From positions 1,408,001 through 1,472,000 of the forward strand of contig OZ252100.1 in NCBI GenBank assembly GCA_965248435.1: DNA of 64,000 nt. Reading direction: 5' to 3'. The notes beneath the pieces were generated by a model. The model saw only the letters and a program-made list of their open reading frames with translations. It made no database searches and was not told the origin of the DNA. This document shows positions 1 to 9,597 of this stretch, piece after piece (positions within the stretch are counted from its first letter, which is position 1; every line of letters starts with the position of its first letter). Source of the DNA: Candidatus Latescibacterota bacterium. GTDB taxonomy: Bacteria > Latescibacterota > UBA2968 > GCA-2709665. The position numbers were made by a program, and so were the translations under genes.

Positions 1-348
1 AGAGAATTGCTTTCTGCAAACAAACGCCTCTACACGGTATACCTCCTCAAAGAGGATCTCAATCATCTCTGGTCTTATCGATCCAGAGCTGCGGCCAACA
101 GATTCTGGAATCAGTGGTATCGACGCGCCATCTACAGCAAGATCGAGCCACTCAAGAAATTCGCACGCAATCTGAAGACGTATATGCCAGGAATCCTAGC
201 TCACTGTGACTATCCCATCGGGACAAGCCTGATTGAGGGAATTAACAACAAAATCAAGGTCATCAAGCGGATGGCATATGGCTTCAGGGATGATAATTAT
301 TTCTTTCTTAGAATCCGCCACGCCTTCCCCGGAAATCGGTGATGAACC
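1..348 (+). mobile_element. 3' end of an ISL3-family insertion sequence (transposase C-terminus 7-342 plus right end)
   Basis: ORF ends ...TSLIEGINNKIKVIKRMAYGFRDDNYFFLRI, the typical ISL3 C-terminal motif; element ends ...ggaaatcggtgatgaacc (reverse complement starts GGTTC, ISL3-like terminus). Confidence 0.88.
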
Positions 349-441
349 TTTACGAAAGGGGGGAGATTGCACCTACATAAAATAGTAGCCATCCTGGAAT
401 AGATTCTTCCCCCTTTGAAAAAAGGGGACTGAGGGGGATTT
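349..441. repeat. REP-like palindromic repeat (cccccttt..aaagggg-actgagggggattt family), partial
   Basis: 389-441 aligns with 63951-64000 (ccat.ctg.aatagattcttcccccttt....aaagggg.actgaggggga). Confidence 0.75.
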
Positions 442-492
442 CAAAATACATCACGAACTCTTTTCGACGAAGGACATAGCAAAGGAGATCCG

Positions 493-684
493 ATGAGTAA
501 ATTCGGCGCATACGAGATACTGCCGTTCATTGCCGATCTGTATGACTTCATTCCGGGCTACCATGATCGACGCGACATGGACTTTTACCTGGATTACGCC
601 TCGTCGGCGAACGGAAAGATACTGGAACTGGGGTGTGGTACAGGGAGAGTTCTGATACCGATAGCCAGAGCGGACGGAGGGTGA
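493..684 (+). pseudogene. N-terminal fragment of a class I SAM-dependent methyltransferase
   Basis: RBS aaggag upstream; ILELGCGTGRV motif I; ORF stops about 10 codons after the motif. Confidence 0.75.
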
Positions 685-805
685 GGTTCCCGTGATCCGA
701 GATACGGGATTCCTTTTGCTCCCTGACCAAGCCGGTTTTATATTGTCACCTCGTTCAGCCCATACTGAGCGATCCGTCGACTCTTTGATTCAGGGGGGAC
801 CTGCT

Positions 806-1774
806 GTGGCATACGATCTGAAAGTCTTCACCGGAAGCACCAACCGGGCCCTTGCGGAAGAAATCTGCTCCGGTCTGGAAATCAGCCTGGGCGAAGCCGA
901 AGTCTCGAAGTTCCCGGGTGGAGAGACGAATGTACAGATCGGCGAGAATGTGAGAGGGAACGACGTCTACATCATTCAGCCGGTTTGTGCGAGCGACGGA
1001 ACGACCCCAAACGACGCACTGATGGAACTCCTCATCCTCATCGATGCCGCGCGCAGGGCCTCGTCTCGACGAATTACGGCCGTGCTCCCCTACTACGGCT
1101 ACGGACGTAAAGACAGGAAGGATCGCCCAAGGGCTCCTATTACCGCAAAACTCGTCAGCAATCTCATCGTCACGGCGGGTGCCAGGCGAGTCCTCACTCT
1201 GGACCTTCATGCCGGCCAGATCCAGGGATTCTTCGACATCCCGGTCGACCACCTTTATTCGATTAATATCTTCGCGAAATATCTGATAGAAAAGAATCTG
1301 GAGAATCCCGTCGTCGTAACACCGGACGTGGGGGGTGTGAAAATGGCGAGGGCCTATTCCAATCTTCTGAGCGCACCTCTTGCCATCGTAGACAAGCGTC
1401 GCCAGAGTGGAGATGAAACCGAGGTGATGAACGTCATCGGAGACGTGAAGGGAAAGAACGTCGTTATTACCGACGATCTGATCTCGACCGGAGGATCGCT
1501 CGTAGATGCGGCATCAGTCCTGAAAGAAAAGGGGGCAAATGAGATTTTCGCGGTGACCGTACATCCCGTGCTCGCGGGACAAGCGGCCCAACGTATCGAC
1601 GAATCCGTCCTCACGGAACTGGTGGTCTCGAACTCCATCCCCGTGCCGCAGAGTGCTCAAAACGGGAAGATCACGGTTTTGTCGGTGGCCCCGATCCTGG
1701 CCGAGGCTATTCGCCGAATACACAACGACGAATCGGTCAGCTCTCTGTTTGTAGACTCCCACGTCGAAGGATAG
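806..1774 (+). CDS. prs: ribose-phosphate pyrophosphokinase
   Basis: LKVFTGSTN start, LPYYGYGRKDRK, DLHAGQIQGFF, PDVGG, DDLISTGGS motifs; GTG start after ggggg RBS. Confidence 0.97.
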   Translation: MAYDLKVFTGSTNRALAEEICSGLEISLGEAEVSKFPGGETNVQIGENVRGNDVYIIQPVCASDGTTPNDALMELLILIDAARRASSRRITAVLPYYGYGRKDRKDRPRAPITAKLVSNLIVTAGARRVLTLDLHAGQIQGFFDIPVDHLYSINIFAKYLIEKNLENPVVVTPDVGGVKMARAYSNLLSAPLAIVDKRRQSGDETEVMNVIGDVKGKNVVITDDLISTGGSLVDAASVLKEKGANEIFAVTVHPVLAGQAAQRIDESVLTELVVSNSIPVPQSAQNGKITVLSVAPILAEAIRRIHNDESVSSLFVDSHVEG

Positions 1775-1794
1775 CGCGAAAGACTCCGTCCATA

Positions 1795-2223
1795 ATGGCG
1801 ATCGCAAAGCAGGACGATACTGTTAAAATAAACTATGTGGGACGTTTGGAAGACAACGCTGTCTTCGATGCTGACTACGAATCAGAACCCTTCGAATTTA
1901 CGATCGGCAAAGAGATGGTGATTCCGGGCTTTGAAAACGAAGTCATCGGGATGCAGGAAGGCGACAAAAAGGTCATCACGATCCCACCGGAAGAGGCCTT
2001 TGGACCTATCAAGAAGGACCTCATCGTGGTCGTCAAGAAGTCACAGATCCCCTCCAACATACAGCCGAAGGTGGGTATGAAACTCGAGGCCGCCCTCGAG
2101 GGTGACACCAAGGTGGAGGTTCTCATCAAGGATGTTTCTGAGAACGAGGTGACCCTCGACAGCAATCATCCCCTTGCGGGCAAGCAGGTCACCTTTGAAA
2201 TCACCCTCCTGCAAATTCTTTGA
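1795..2223 (+). CDS. slyD: FKBP-type peptidyl-prolyl cis-trans isomerase (SlyD-like, no His-rich tail)
   Basis: VIPGFE...IPPEEAFG...LDSNHPLAGK motifs. Confidence 0.9.
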   Translation: MAIAKQDDTVKINYVGRLEDNAVFDADYESEPFEFTIGKEMVIPGFENEVIGMQEGDKKVITIPPEEAFGPIKKDLIVVVKKSQIPSNIQPKVGMKLEAALEGDTKVEVLIKDVSENEVTLDSNHPLAGKQVTFEITLLQIL

Positions 2224-2225
2224 TA

Positions 2226-2368
2226 TCCGTATTTCGTATCTCGTATCTCGGTGGCTTGTCATCTTGCCAATTTCTTGATTTCGCAGAATTCGTGACCTGT
2301 CTTGTGGTCTTCTTTTTGGACTACAGATTCCATCCGACGAGATACGTTTCACGAGATACGAGATACGC
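2226..2368. repeat. short tandem heptamer repeats (cgtatct / gagatac) in inverted arrangement
   Basis: cgtatttcgtatctcgtatctcg ... gagatacgtttcacgagatacgagatacg; same heptamer recurs near 13871, 13970, 55248, 58909, 59079. Confidence 0.7.
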
Positions 2369-2370
2369 TC

Positions 2371-2742
2371 CTATTGTGCTTTCCAGACTTGCCACGCCAG
2401 GCAGATCCATCCTCCCAAGAAGGCCAACCCCCCTACCGGTGTAATAGCGCCCAGCCACCGCACGCCCGTTATACTCAGCACATACAGACTTCCTGAAAAA
2501 ATCACTGTTCCGGCTACGAAGAGCCATCCGGCCGTCGCGCCGACGGCGTCCGGCCACCGAGTGATCGCCCACGCCGTTCCCAGCAGCGCGAGGGCGTGGT
2601 AGAACTGATAACGCACACCGACCTCGAACGCGTTCAGCATATCCGGATCGAGGCGATGCTTGAGTCCGTGTGCCGCGAATGCGCCGAGTGCGACGGCCAG
2701 GAATGCCGAGAGCGAGCCGATGCAGAAGAATAGCCGATCCAT
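2371..2742 (-). CDS. DUF423 family membrane protein
   Basis: ALGAFAAHGLK, YQFYHALALL, IFSGSLY, GAITPVGG motifs. Confidence 0.93.
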   Translation of the reverse strand: MDRLFFCIGSLSAFLAVALGAFAAHGLKHRLDPDMLNAFEVGVRYQFYHALALLGTAWAITRWPDAVGATAGWLFVAGTVIFSGSLYVLSITGVRWLGAITPVGGLAFLGGWICLAWQVWKAQ

Positions 2743-2873
2743 GTTAGGAGCTCCGTTAATTGCGGATTTCGGATTTCGGAAAGGCAGAAGGGCGTGATTC
2801 GCGAAGCGGCTGGTTGCAAGGAATCGCACACCGCGGCCCTGATAGCTTTGAGCAATGCATTTCGAGAGGAAAA

Positions 2874-3662
2874 TTACGGAATTCCGAACCCGAATGATCG
2901 GAAAATTTTCTGGGCCGGTTTTGAACTAAGATATTTCATGAATTTGTTGACCGGCGCGCGGTCTTTGCCCTTCAGGATAGCGACGGGATATTCGATCGGA
3001 CCGGACACCTCTTTCGGGAAGCGGGCGATCACATCGACCCTGGAACTCAGGGCGGCGTCCGTCGCATAGACAATCCCGGCGGGGCAGACCCCGCGCTCCA
3101 CGTAGACCAGCGTTGTCCTCACGTCGTGCCCGACGGCGAGGCGATCCTTCACGCCCACCCACCACCCCAACCCTTGTAGTGCCTGTCTGGCATAGATTCC
3201 TGCCGGTACGTGGGAGGGATCGCCGACGGCAAGCCGGCCCTCGAATGCCAAAGCGAAATCGAATCCCTTTTCTGCTTCCACCTCAAATCCCTCACCCTTC
3301 GGCGCCACTACGACCAACTCGTTGCGCAACAGGGGTCTTCTCGATCCTTCCTCGATCAAGGCCCTGGCTTCCAGGTAATCCATCCACGCGATATTGGCAG
3401 ACAAGAACAGATCCGCAGGCGCGCCCCGTTCGATCTGACGGGCAAGGGTTGACGAGCCGGCGAACGAAGACACGACGGCAACGCCCGTCTCCTCCCTGAA
3501 TGCCTCGGCTATATTCTCGACAGCATTCGTGAGGCTCGCCGCGGCGTAGACGTGTACGACCTCGTCACTCGCCTGCGGCTCCAGGCCGATCCCGAAAAAC
3601 AGGACGATCGAAAGCAGAGATACGAAGTGACCGCGCCGAAGCTGATTCGGTCCGACCATCAT
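2874..3662 (-). CDS. modA: molybdate ABC transporter substrate-binding protein
   Basis: YAAASL, SFAGSSTLARQIERGAPADLFLSAN, GDPSHVPAGIYA, GIVYATDA; signal peptide-like start. Confidence 0.95.
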   Translation of the reverse strand: MMVGPNQLRRGHFVSLLSIVLFFGIGLEPQASDEVVHVYAAASLTNAVENIAEAFREETGVAVVSSFAGSSTLARQIERGAPADLFLSANIAWMDYLEARALIEEGSRRPLLRNELVVVAPKGEGFEVEAEKGFDFALAFEGRLAVGDPSHVPAGIYARQALQGLGWWVGVKDRLAVGHDVRTTLVYVERGVCPAGIVYATDAALSSRVDVIARFPKEVSGPIEYPVAILKGKDRAPVNKFMKYLSSKPAQKIFRSFGFGIP

Positions 3663-4705
3663 TCCTCCGAAGCGTAGCGTCTGCGAAGCACGCCTTCCGC
3701 CGGTTTTCCCTGAGGCGTGAATCCCCGTGTTCGCCTTTGTGAAACGCGGTCGTCCGGGAACCACTTCCAGATGTAAAGCCCGTTGAACCACGGGCGGTCC
3801 CAGAATACCTCGAACATCGCCTCGTAGCAGAGCGTCTGAATCTCGAAATCCACGCGGTCTCCGGAGCGCCAGACCCACGGCTCTTCGGCCGCGTCCCCCG
3901 TGCTGCGGTAGCCGACCTCGGTAAAGAGAACGGGCTTCCCGACGCGCCTCTGCACGGCCTCGATCCGTTCCACGTAGGGCTGCCACGCCGTTTTCAGAGA
4001 AGAGAGGGTGACCTCCTCTTCGTCGTTTCCGAGGGGAAAGTAAGCCTGGATCCCGATATAGTCGAGCAACTCCCAGAAGGGCACCTCCTCGAACTCCTGA
4101 TACCAGTTCGCCGAATAGGTCAGCTCCCCGCTGAAAATCTTTCTCGTCTCCAGAATCAACTCGCGCCATTTGTCCGGATGTTTCAACACTGTGCTCCTCA
4201 ACTCGGTCCCGACACACAGGGCCTCCATTCCGTGTTTCTCGGCCAACACCGCGTAGTGGAGGATGAACCTGCGGTAGCTCACCCACCAGGTCTCCCACTC
4301 TTCCTGAGTCGCAAAGTCGATTTCCCCGCGCCATTTGCCCTCGCGCCGGTCCCGGATCCAGATATGGGGCTTCAGGATCGTCCGAATGCCTCGGAGCCGC
4401 GCCTTGTGAGTCGCCTCCACGAGTCCCGCGTCCCTCTCCCCCCACCATACCCTACCTGAAGTGGCCAGGACGACCTCCGGATCATCGTGGCGTTGCTGCC
4501 ATCCAAACGGCGTCTGCGAGATCCAGTTGACGTTCAGCTCGGAGAGACGGTCGAACGCCTCATCGGACGGTCTTCGCCGGCCGGCCACGAAACAGACGCC
4601 ACGATGGCGTTCTAGTAGAGACGACGGCCCAGGAATCCGATCAGGCTCGTCTGCATGGGCTATGGCGCTTAAGAAAAGCGCGACTGTGGTCAAAAACGCT
4701 GTCAT
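3659..4705 (-). CDS. secreted glycoside hydrolase, GH113-like TIM barrel
   Basis: signal peptide; LKPHIW, VGTEL, TYSANW, IGIQAYFPL, FTEVGY motifs. Confidence 0.85.
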   Translation of the reverse strand: MTAFLTTVALFLSAIAHADEPDRIPGPSSLLERHRGVCFVAGRRRPSDEAFDRLSELNVNWISQTPFGWQQRHDDPEVVLATSGRVWWGERDAGLVEATHKARLRGIRTILKPHIWIRDRREGKWRGEIDFATQEEWETWWVSYRRFILHYAVLAEKHGMEALCVGTELRSTVLKHPDKWRELILETRKIFSGELTYSANWYQEFEEVPFWELLDYIGIQAYFPLGNDEEEVTLSSLKTAWQPYVERIEAVQRRVGKPVLFTEVGYRSTGDAAEEPWVWRSGDRVDFEIQTLCYEAMFEVFWDRPWFNGLYIWKWFPDDRVSQRRTRGFTPQGKPAEGVLRRRYASEE

Positions 4706-4722
4706 CTTCAACCACCCTTCAA

Positions 4723-4842
4723 GGCCCTCACCCCCAGCCCCTCTCCCACACGTGGGAGAGGGGAGATGGCGATGTGATCTGTTTTTTCCCTCTCCCATTT
4801 ATGGGAGAGGGATGCCGAGTGAAGCGAGGCAGGGTGAGGGCC
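4723..4842. repeat. ~120 bp palindromic intergenic element with two ccctctccc-N-gggagaggg hairpins
   Basis: 11-bp terminal inverted repeat ggccctcaccc / gggtgagggcc enclosing two hairpins. Confidence 0.8.
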
Positions 4843-4855
4843 GTCTTAGCCATCA

Positions 4856-4886
4856 AAAAGCCCGGCGCGTGATTCACCGGGCTTTT
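4856..4886 (-). terminator. intrinsic terminator (possibly bidirectional)
   Basis: aaaagcccgg...ccgggctttt hairpin just downstream of 4912-5721. Confidence 0.7.
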
Positions 4887-4911
4887 GTTGAATTTGAGTT
4901 CTGCACGTCAA

Positions 4912-5721
4912 TCAGTAGACCATCTCTGCGGCTTTTCCCTCTACCGGGATGTGTTCAGGAAAGATCCCCGGATACCCGTAACCCGTGGGGATGTGTCTCG
5001 TGGCCGTGTCCACGTAACAGACACTGAAGCCTCTCCGGGGTCGATCCGTCGTGTTGGCGTCGGATTGATGCAGGGTGAAATTGTGCAGCAGGACGACCTC
5101 TCCCATCTCCATTTCGAGGTAGAGCCGATTCTCGTCAGGCGCGTGAATGGCCGCTTCCTCCGGCGACAGCGAGTCGCCTTTCTCAGGAATGGCGAACTTG
5201 TGCGAACCCGGGATAATCTGAAGACAGCCGTTGGCGATGCTGGTTGGGTCCAGGGCAGTCCAGATCGTGACGAGGGGCGTGATGTTCATATTCCAGCCGC
5301 CCGCGCCGTCCTGGTGCCATCCCTTTGCGATGCCCCGCCCGGCAGGCTTGTTGAAGAACATCGACCGATAGACCGAAATCTCATCACCGATGATCTTCGC
5401 CGTGATGTCACGGAACATCGGGTGCTGGATGTAAGCGCGAAACAGGGGATCCTTCTCGAGTCCTTCGACCTTCCGGTATTTCAACGAGGCGATCTTGAAC
5501 GTCTTTGTCTGCTCTGAAAGCTCCGCCTCTCCCCCTGCCGAAGGACAGAGCTGCATCAGCAGATTGTCATACTGAATTTTGCCCAGCATGATGTCATCGA
5601 TGCGCTGACCGAGGGCCTCGATCTCAGCGTCGGGTGCCACCTTACCCAGACGCACGTATCCATTTTCGTGAAACTCCGCCAGCTCTTGTTCAGTCAGTGC
5701 GGGTTCGCGCAGGCTTCCCAC
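4912..5721 (-). CDS. phytanoyl-CoA dioxygenase (PhyH) family Fe/2OG dioxygenase
   Basis: FHENGY, WHQD, NGCLQIIPGSHK, H..N.T..PRR motifs. Confidence 0.92.
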   Translation of the reverse strand: MGSLREPALTEQELAEFHENGYVRLGKVAPDAEIEALGQRIDDIMLGKIQYDNLLMQLCPSAGGEAELSEQTKTFKIASLKYRKVEGLEKDPLFRAYIQHPMFRDITAKIIGDEISVYRSMFFNKPAGRGIAKGWHQDGAGGWNMNITPLVTIWTALDPTSIANGCLQIIPGSHKFAIPEKGDSLSPEEAAIHAPDENRLYLEMEMGEVVLLHNFTLHQSDANTTDRPRRGFSVCYVDTATRHIPTGYGYPGIFPEHIPVEGKAAEMVY

Positions 5722-5822
5722 GTCGCGACCCCCTTATGTAGAATGCGTACGGACATTTGTTGCGGTCGCGATAAAATACGAACCTGCCTGGCGTTCGTCA
5801 ACCCGCGCGGCGCATCGGCACC

Positions 5823-5850
5823 TTGACAAACGCGTGGCTTGGTTTAAATT
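5823..5850 (+). promoter_or_regulatory. putative sigma70 promoter for 5909-7375
   Basis: TTGACA-N16-TAAATT about 60 bp upstream of the ATG. Confidence 0.5.
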
Positions 5851-5908
5851 GGAGTAAAATCAATCCTTTGTGTCAATCACTGCTTGAGATGGAAGTCTAA
5901 GAGGCCGC

Positions 5909-7375
5909 ATGTCAGATCGTCGATTCACATGCTTCAACGAAGAGGTTCTCGAGGCCCAGGCAAGGGTCTGCACGGGACCTCATCAGACCCGGCCCCTCGG
6001 GGTCAAGCCGTCCGATCCGCAGCCCGGACCGATCCTCGAACTCATCCTCAAATCGTCAAAGGGAGAACTTTCCCCGGACCAGGAGGTCTCAGACGCGCAG
6101 ATGGGCGCTTTTTTTACGGGGATGACGATCCGAAAGCGCTTCCCGGAAAAGACGCGCTGGAGCGATGCGGAACGCGAGGCCTTCGACCGATACAGCGCCG
6201 ACCTGGAGCGGATGCCGCCCGAAGTCAGATTCCTGATCGAACCCGACCAGGTCTGCAAGGCAACGAATGCCCAGGAACAGATCGTGATTGCCTCTCTCGA
6301 AAAGATCCTGAGCGGCGAACATCTCAGCTACGATGAAACCCGGCGGACGGGGGAAGCGATCCTGAACGGCCAGGTCCGGGACGCCCTAAAGGCAGCTGCC
6401 CTGATCGGCCAGCGAATGAACCGCGAAACCTACGACGAACTGCGCGGATACCTGGACGCGACACTGGGGCCCGAGCAGGTCCTTGAAGTCGACGTCGGCT
6501 CCCTTACCCATCTGGGCGAGCCGTTCGACGGATCGACACGTTTCTTCAGACCGACCCTGTTTGTCGCCGCAGTCCGCGCGGCGCTCGGCGAGGCCTCTGT
6601 CCTCTACGGCGTCGACGAAATGCCGCCCAAGAACGGCGTCACAGATGAGCAGATCCTGAACGCGCTGGGCGGCCGCACAGATAACTCCCTACACGAAGCG
6701 AAAGACCTGATCGAAGACCCGGAGGTCGGGTTCGCTTACGTCAGTCAGCGCATCTATTCGCCTGGGGCCTACGCGATCCGCGATCTGCGCGTGCACATCA
6801 AGAAGCGGCCTCCCTGGTCTGCCACGGAGAAGGCGCAGCGGTTGTTCTCTTCCCCCAGAGCGAACCATATGATCATCGGATATTTCCATCCGGGGTACGA
6901 GGCGCCGCTCTTACAGCTGATGTGGGACCGGGGGTTTCAGGCGGGACTTGCCATCAAGGGGGAGGAAGGCACGAGCCACTATGCCCTGCGGGCGGGCAAA
7001 CCTTCTGACGACGGTCGAAAAGCGGTGAACTATTCGCAGGGATTCAAGCGCCTTGGCGAGGAGCGGCACGACTTTTCTTGCGACGTAGATCCGGCGGAGT
7101 ACGGCTTCGAATACGATCACAGTCCCCGGCTGGACTCAGTGAGCGCTGAAGCGTTCGCGAAGGCCGGCCTCGCGGCCCTATCGGGCGAGAAGGGTCAGGT
7201 CTACGACCGGATCGTGTTGAACGCGGCCGTGAAGGACCATCTTCTGGGGCTCTGCTCGGACCCGCGCGAGGCGATCGAGCGATGCAGGGAGGCGATGGAC
7301 AGCGGGAGCGCTTTGCGCTGTCTGAAGGCCTACCTTGAAAGAACAAAAAGGACTGCCCAGATCCAGAAGGTCTGA
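5909..7375 (+). CDS. anthranilate phosphoribosyltransferase-like (TrpD2/YbiB-like) protein
   Basis: QMGAFF, LIGQRMNRET, GEPFDG..RFFR, MPPKNGVT, HIKKRPP, KGEEG motifs; lacks the canonical TrpD GTGGD loop. Confidence 0.8.
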   Translation: MSDRRFTCFNEEVLEAQARVCTGPHQTRPLGVKPSDPQPGPILELILKSSKGELSPDQEVSDAQMGAFFTGMTIRKRFPEKTRWSDAEREAFDRYSADLERMPPEVRFLIEPDQVCKATNAQEQIVIASLEKILSGEHLSYDETRRTGEAILNGQVRDALKAAALIGQRMNRETYDELRGYLDATLGPEQVLEVDVGSLTHLGEPFDGSTRFFRPTLFVAAVRAALGEASVLYGVDEMPPKNGVTDEQILNALGGRTDNSLHEAKDLIEDPEVGFAYVSQRIYSPGAYAIRDLRVHIKKRPPWSATEKAQRLFSSPRANHMIIGYFHPGYEAPLLQLMWDRGFQAGLAIKGEEGTSHYALRAGKPSDDGRKAVNYSQGFKRLGEERHDFSCDVDPAEYGFEYDHSPRLDSVSAEAFAKAGLAALSGEKGQVYDRIVLNAAVKDHLLGLCSDPREAIERCREAMDSGSALRCLKAYLERTKRTAQIQKV

Positions 7376-7396
7376 CTCACTCAGGACATAAACTTG

Positions 7397-7432
7397 CGGC
7401 CCCAGCGAAGATCACTGGGGCCGTTTCATTTT
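7397..7432 (+). terminator. intrinsic terminator
   Basis: cggccccag/ctggggccg 9-bp stem followed by tttcatttt. Confidence 0.75.
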
Positions 7433-7552
7433 CTGCCCAAGCTTTGGCGTTCGGAAGATGGTTCTACCAAATTTGGGGTCTTTCTCACCAACCCACTACA
7501 CTGGTTTCACTCTTATTCACTTGACATCGAGCAGAGGTTGTCTCCCGCTTAT

Positions 7553-8338
7553 CTATTTCAAATCCGCCCCGAGTTCCACCAGCCCCTCCACAAGGCCCCG
7601 GATCCGGGGCCGATCGCTGTTCAGGAACGCCTCGTCCGGCTGAAAGACGCCAGACGACCACTCCTTCAGCGATGCGATGTGTGCTTCGGTGATCGGCCGG
7701 GCAGCGAATTTCAAGGCGATGTATCGCCGGCGCCGGTCCCTTTTTCCGTAGACCGCGTGGTATATGGACTGGTTGAACATCAACAGATCACCGGGAACGG
7801 TCTCGACGACGTGGCAGGGGACATCCGGGCCCTCCACGCCGAAAAACAGCGGGTTTTCCTCATCGTATCGGTCCCGGAACGACGCGAGGTCTTCGTGCAG
7901 GGGCATCCGGTGAGAGCCGGGGATCACCCGAAGGGCGCCCGTCTCTTTCCTCATCGGATCCAGGTAGAGCATGAACTTGATCCGGAGGTAATCCAGCTCC
8001 TTCGCCCCCTCCCTGTCCGCGTGCCACTGGTGGATTTCGTCTCCGCCTCGAATGCCCCGGTTGCCCTCCGACCCCGACCAGATCAGGTCCGGCCCCATCA
8101 GGTGCGCCGCAGCGTCGTAGACACGCGGGTCCTCGGCCAGCCGCTCGAGCTCGGGATGGCTCTCGATGAAGTTCCCCATGCTCAAGGCCTCCGCCTCGCC
8201 TGCCTGATGGCCCAGCCGTTTTTCCCAAACCTCCTCGGCCGCGTTGGTGATCCGTTCCATCTCCTCCGACGAAAAGACCTGCCGGAAGAAGAGGAAACCG
8301 AAGGTCTCGAAACAGGCGATCTGGTCTGTGCTCAGCAT
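7553..8338 (-). CDS. PhyH family dioxygenase
   Basis: FETFGFL, WHAD, GALRVIPGSH, PGDLLMF..H motifs. Confidence 0.9.
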   Translation of the reverse strand: MLSTDQIACFETFGFLFFRQVFSSEEMERITNAAEEVWEKRLGHQAGEAEALSMGNFIESHPELERLAEDPRVYDAAAHLMGPDLIWSGSEGNRGIRGGDEIHQWHADREGAKELDYLRIKFMLYLDPMRKETGALRVIPGSHRMPLHEDLASFRDRYDEENPLFFGVEGPDVPCHVVETVPGDLLMFNQSIYHAVYGKRDRRRRYIALKFAARPITEAHIASLKEWSSGVFQPDEAFLNSDRPRIRGLVEGLVELGADLK

Positions 8339-9583
8339 CTAGACCTCAGTCAGCCCACGCAGCTCGACGAGCGGCCGCCACCCGTCTTCTGTCATCACAA
8401 ACGGCTCCTCGACGGTCCATAAAGAGGTAAACCATTCCGAATTCACGACAGCTCCTGGCCGAAAATGAATCGGTCCATCGAGCGGTATGGAAGTCGCCAC
8501 GCTGCCAGTCAGGACCGGTTCTTCGTGGAGCTCCAGGCCGATCCCGTGGATGTACCAATCGGTGACGTGCGCTTTCGCTTCCAGGTCGGTCGTGACGTAG
8601 TCGTCGATCACTTTTTTGGCTTCCGGATGGCCCATGTTGGGACGGACGAGATTGAGTGCCTCTGTCTGTACCCGTCTCAGGATCTCGAAATCCCGGCACG
8701 CCTCATCAAAAGGAACCTGCACCTCTCCCCACGCAAGGGTGCCGTTTTCGTCCGGCCGGTGGAAGAACTCGTGCCAGGCCAGGTCAGAGAAATAGTACTG
8801 GTATCTGGCCTGACAATGCGTTACGAAAAACGGCGAGTCGTCGGGCAGGCCCCGCCATTTCCTCGCCGTTGAGGCAAAGAATCGTCTTCTCGCATCTGGG
8901 TCCCACCAGTCGGGCGTCTCGTCCGTCCCTCCGTTCCAAGCCAGCCCGTATGGTCCTCCCACCCACTCCCCTCCCCGATCCAGGGCCGATTGTGCCCGAA
9001 TCCGCTCGGCCTCCTCTCGAGACGCCCCGGAACGAATCGCTTGCATATAAGCCTGCATCGCCCGAAGACCGATCTCAGCCGCTTTTCGCAGTAGGCCCTG
9101 CTCCCGTGTCGTTTTGGTGAACCGGATCCGGGGGACGAGCAGGTCGCACGCGACGAACTCGACATGGGGAAGCGCCGAACGGAGGTGATCGTAGACGGCA
9201 ACAGGGATCCACTTATGTTCGATGCCGATCCTGGCCCGATCCAGTCCCTTTTCTCTCGCGAGATCCACGAATCGCTGCAGGGCATTCGGGGCCGGACGGC
9301 TTGTCGGATGCCGCTCCGTCAACCACCAGGGGGCGACCCCGACGCCCCCTTTTCCGACCAGAAGAAATTCTTCACCAACGATGAAAGCGTCATCTGCACG
9401 GGGAATCACCAGCAGGACGGTCATCTCTTCCCACGGGATGCCGAAGTGCACCATGTCGTAGTAGTTTGTCAGGTATGCGAGATGGGACGGTTTCCACGGA
9501 ATGAACGCGTCCAGCTTCTCTGAATCCAGGTAGAGTCGGATTTCCGCGATGGTGCGATCGTCCTTTTCCTTCCATCCAGTCAA
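8339..9583 (-). CDS. M24 family (Xaa-Pro peptidase/creatinase-like) protein, divergent
   Basis: creatinase-like N-domain, R.TKT..E, YFSD, HGIGLELHEEP, VEE. Confidence 0.75.
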   Translation of the reverse strand: MTGWKEKDDRTIAEIRLYLDSEKLDAFIPWKPSHLAYLTNYYDMVHFGIPWEEMTVLLVIPRADDAFIVGEEFLLVGKGGVGVAPWWLTERHPTSRPAPNALQRFVDLAREKGLDRARIGIEHKWIPVAVYDHLRSALPHVEFVACDLLVPRIRFTKTTREQGLLRKAAEIGLRAMQAYMQAIRSGASREEAERIRAQSALDRGGEWVGGPYGLAWNGGTDETPDWWDPDARRRFFASTARKWRGLPDDSPFFVTHCQARYQYYFSDLAWHEFFHRPDENGTLAWGEVQVPFDEACRDFEILRRVQTEALNLVRPNMGHPEAKKVIDDYVTTDLEAKAHVTDWYIHGIGLELHEEPVLTGSVATSIPLDGPIHFRPGAVVNSEWFTSLWTVEEPFVMTEDGWRPLVELRGLTEV

Positions 9584-9597
9584 CTACATTCTCCTTC

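Noticed and set aside
2810-2839. Sigma-54 promoter in the ttgca-containing repeat
   Set aside because: The GG-N10-GC spacing is not met.
3663-4448. N-terminal extension making ModA 524 aa
   Set aside because: It overlaps the GH113-like gene in another frame; an artefact of GC-rich open frames.
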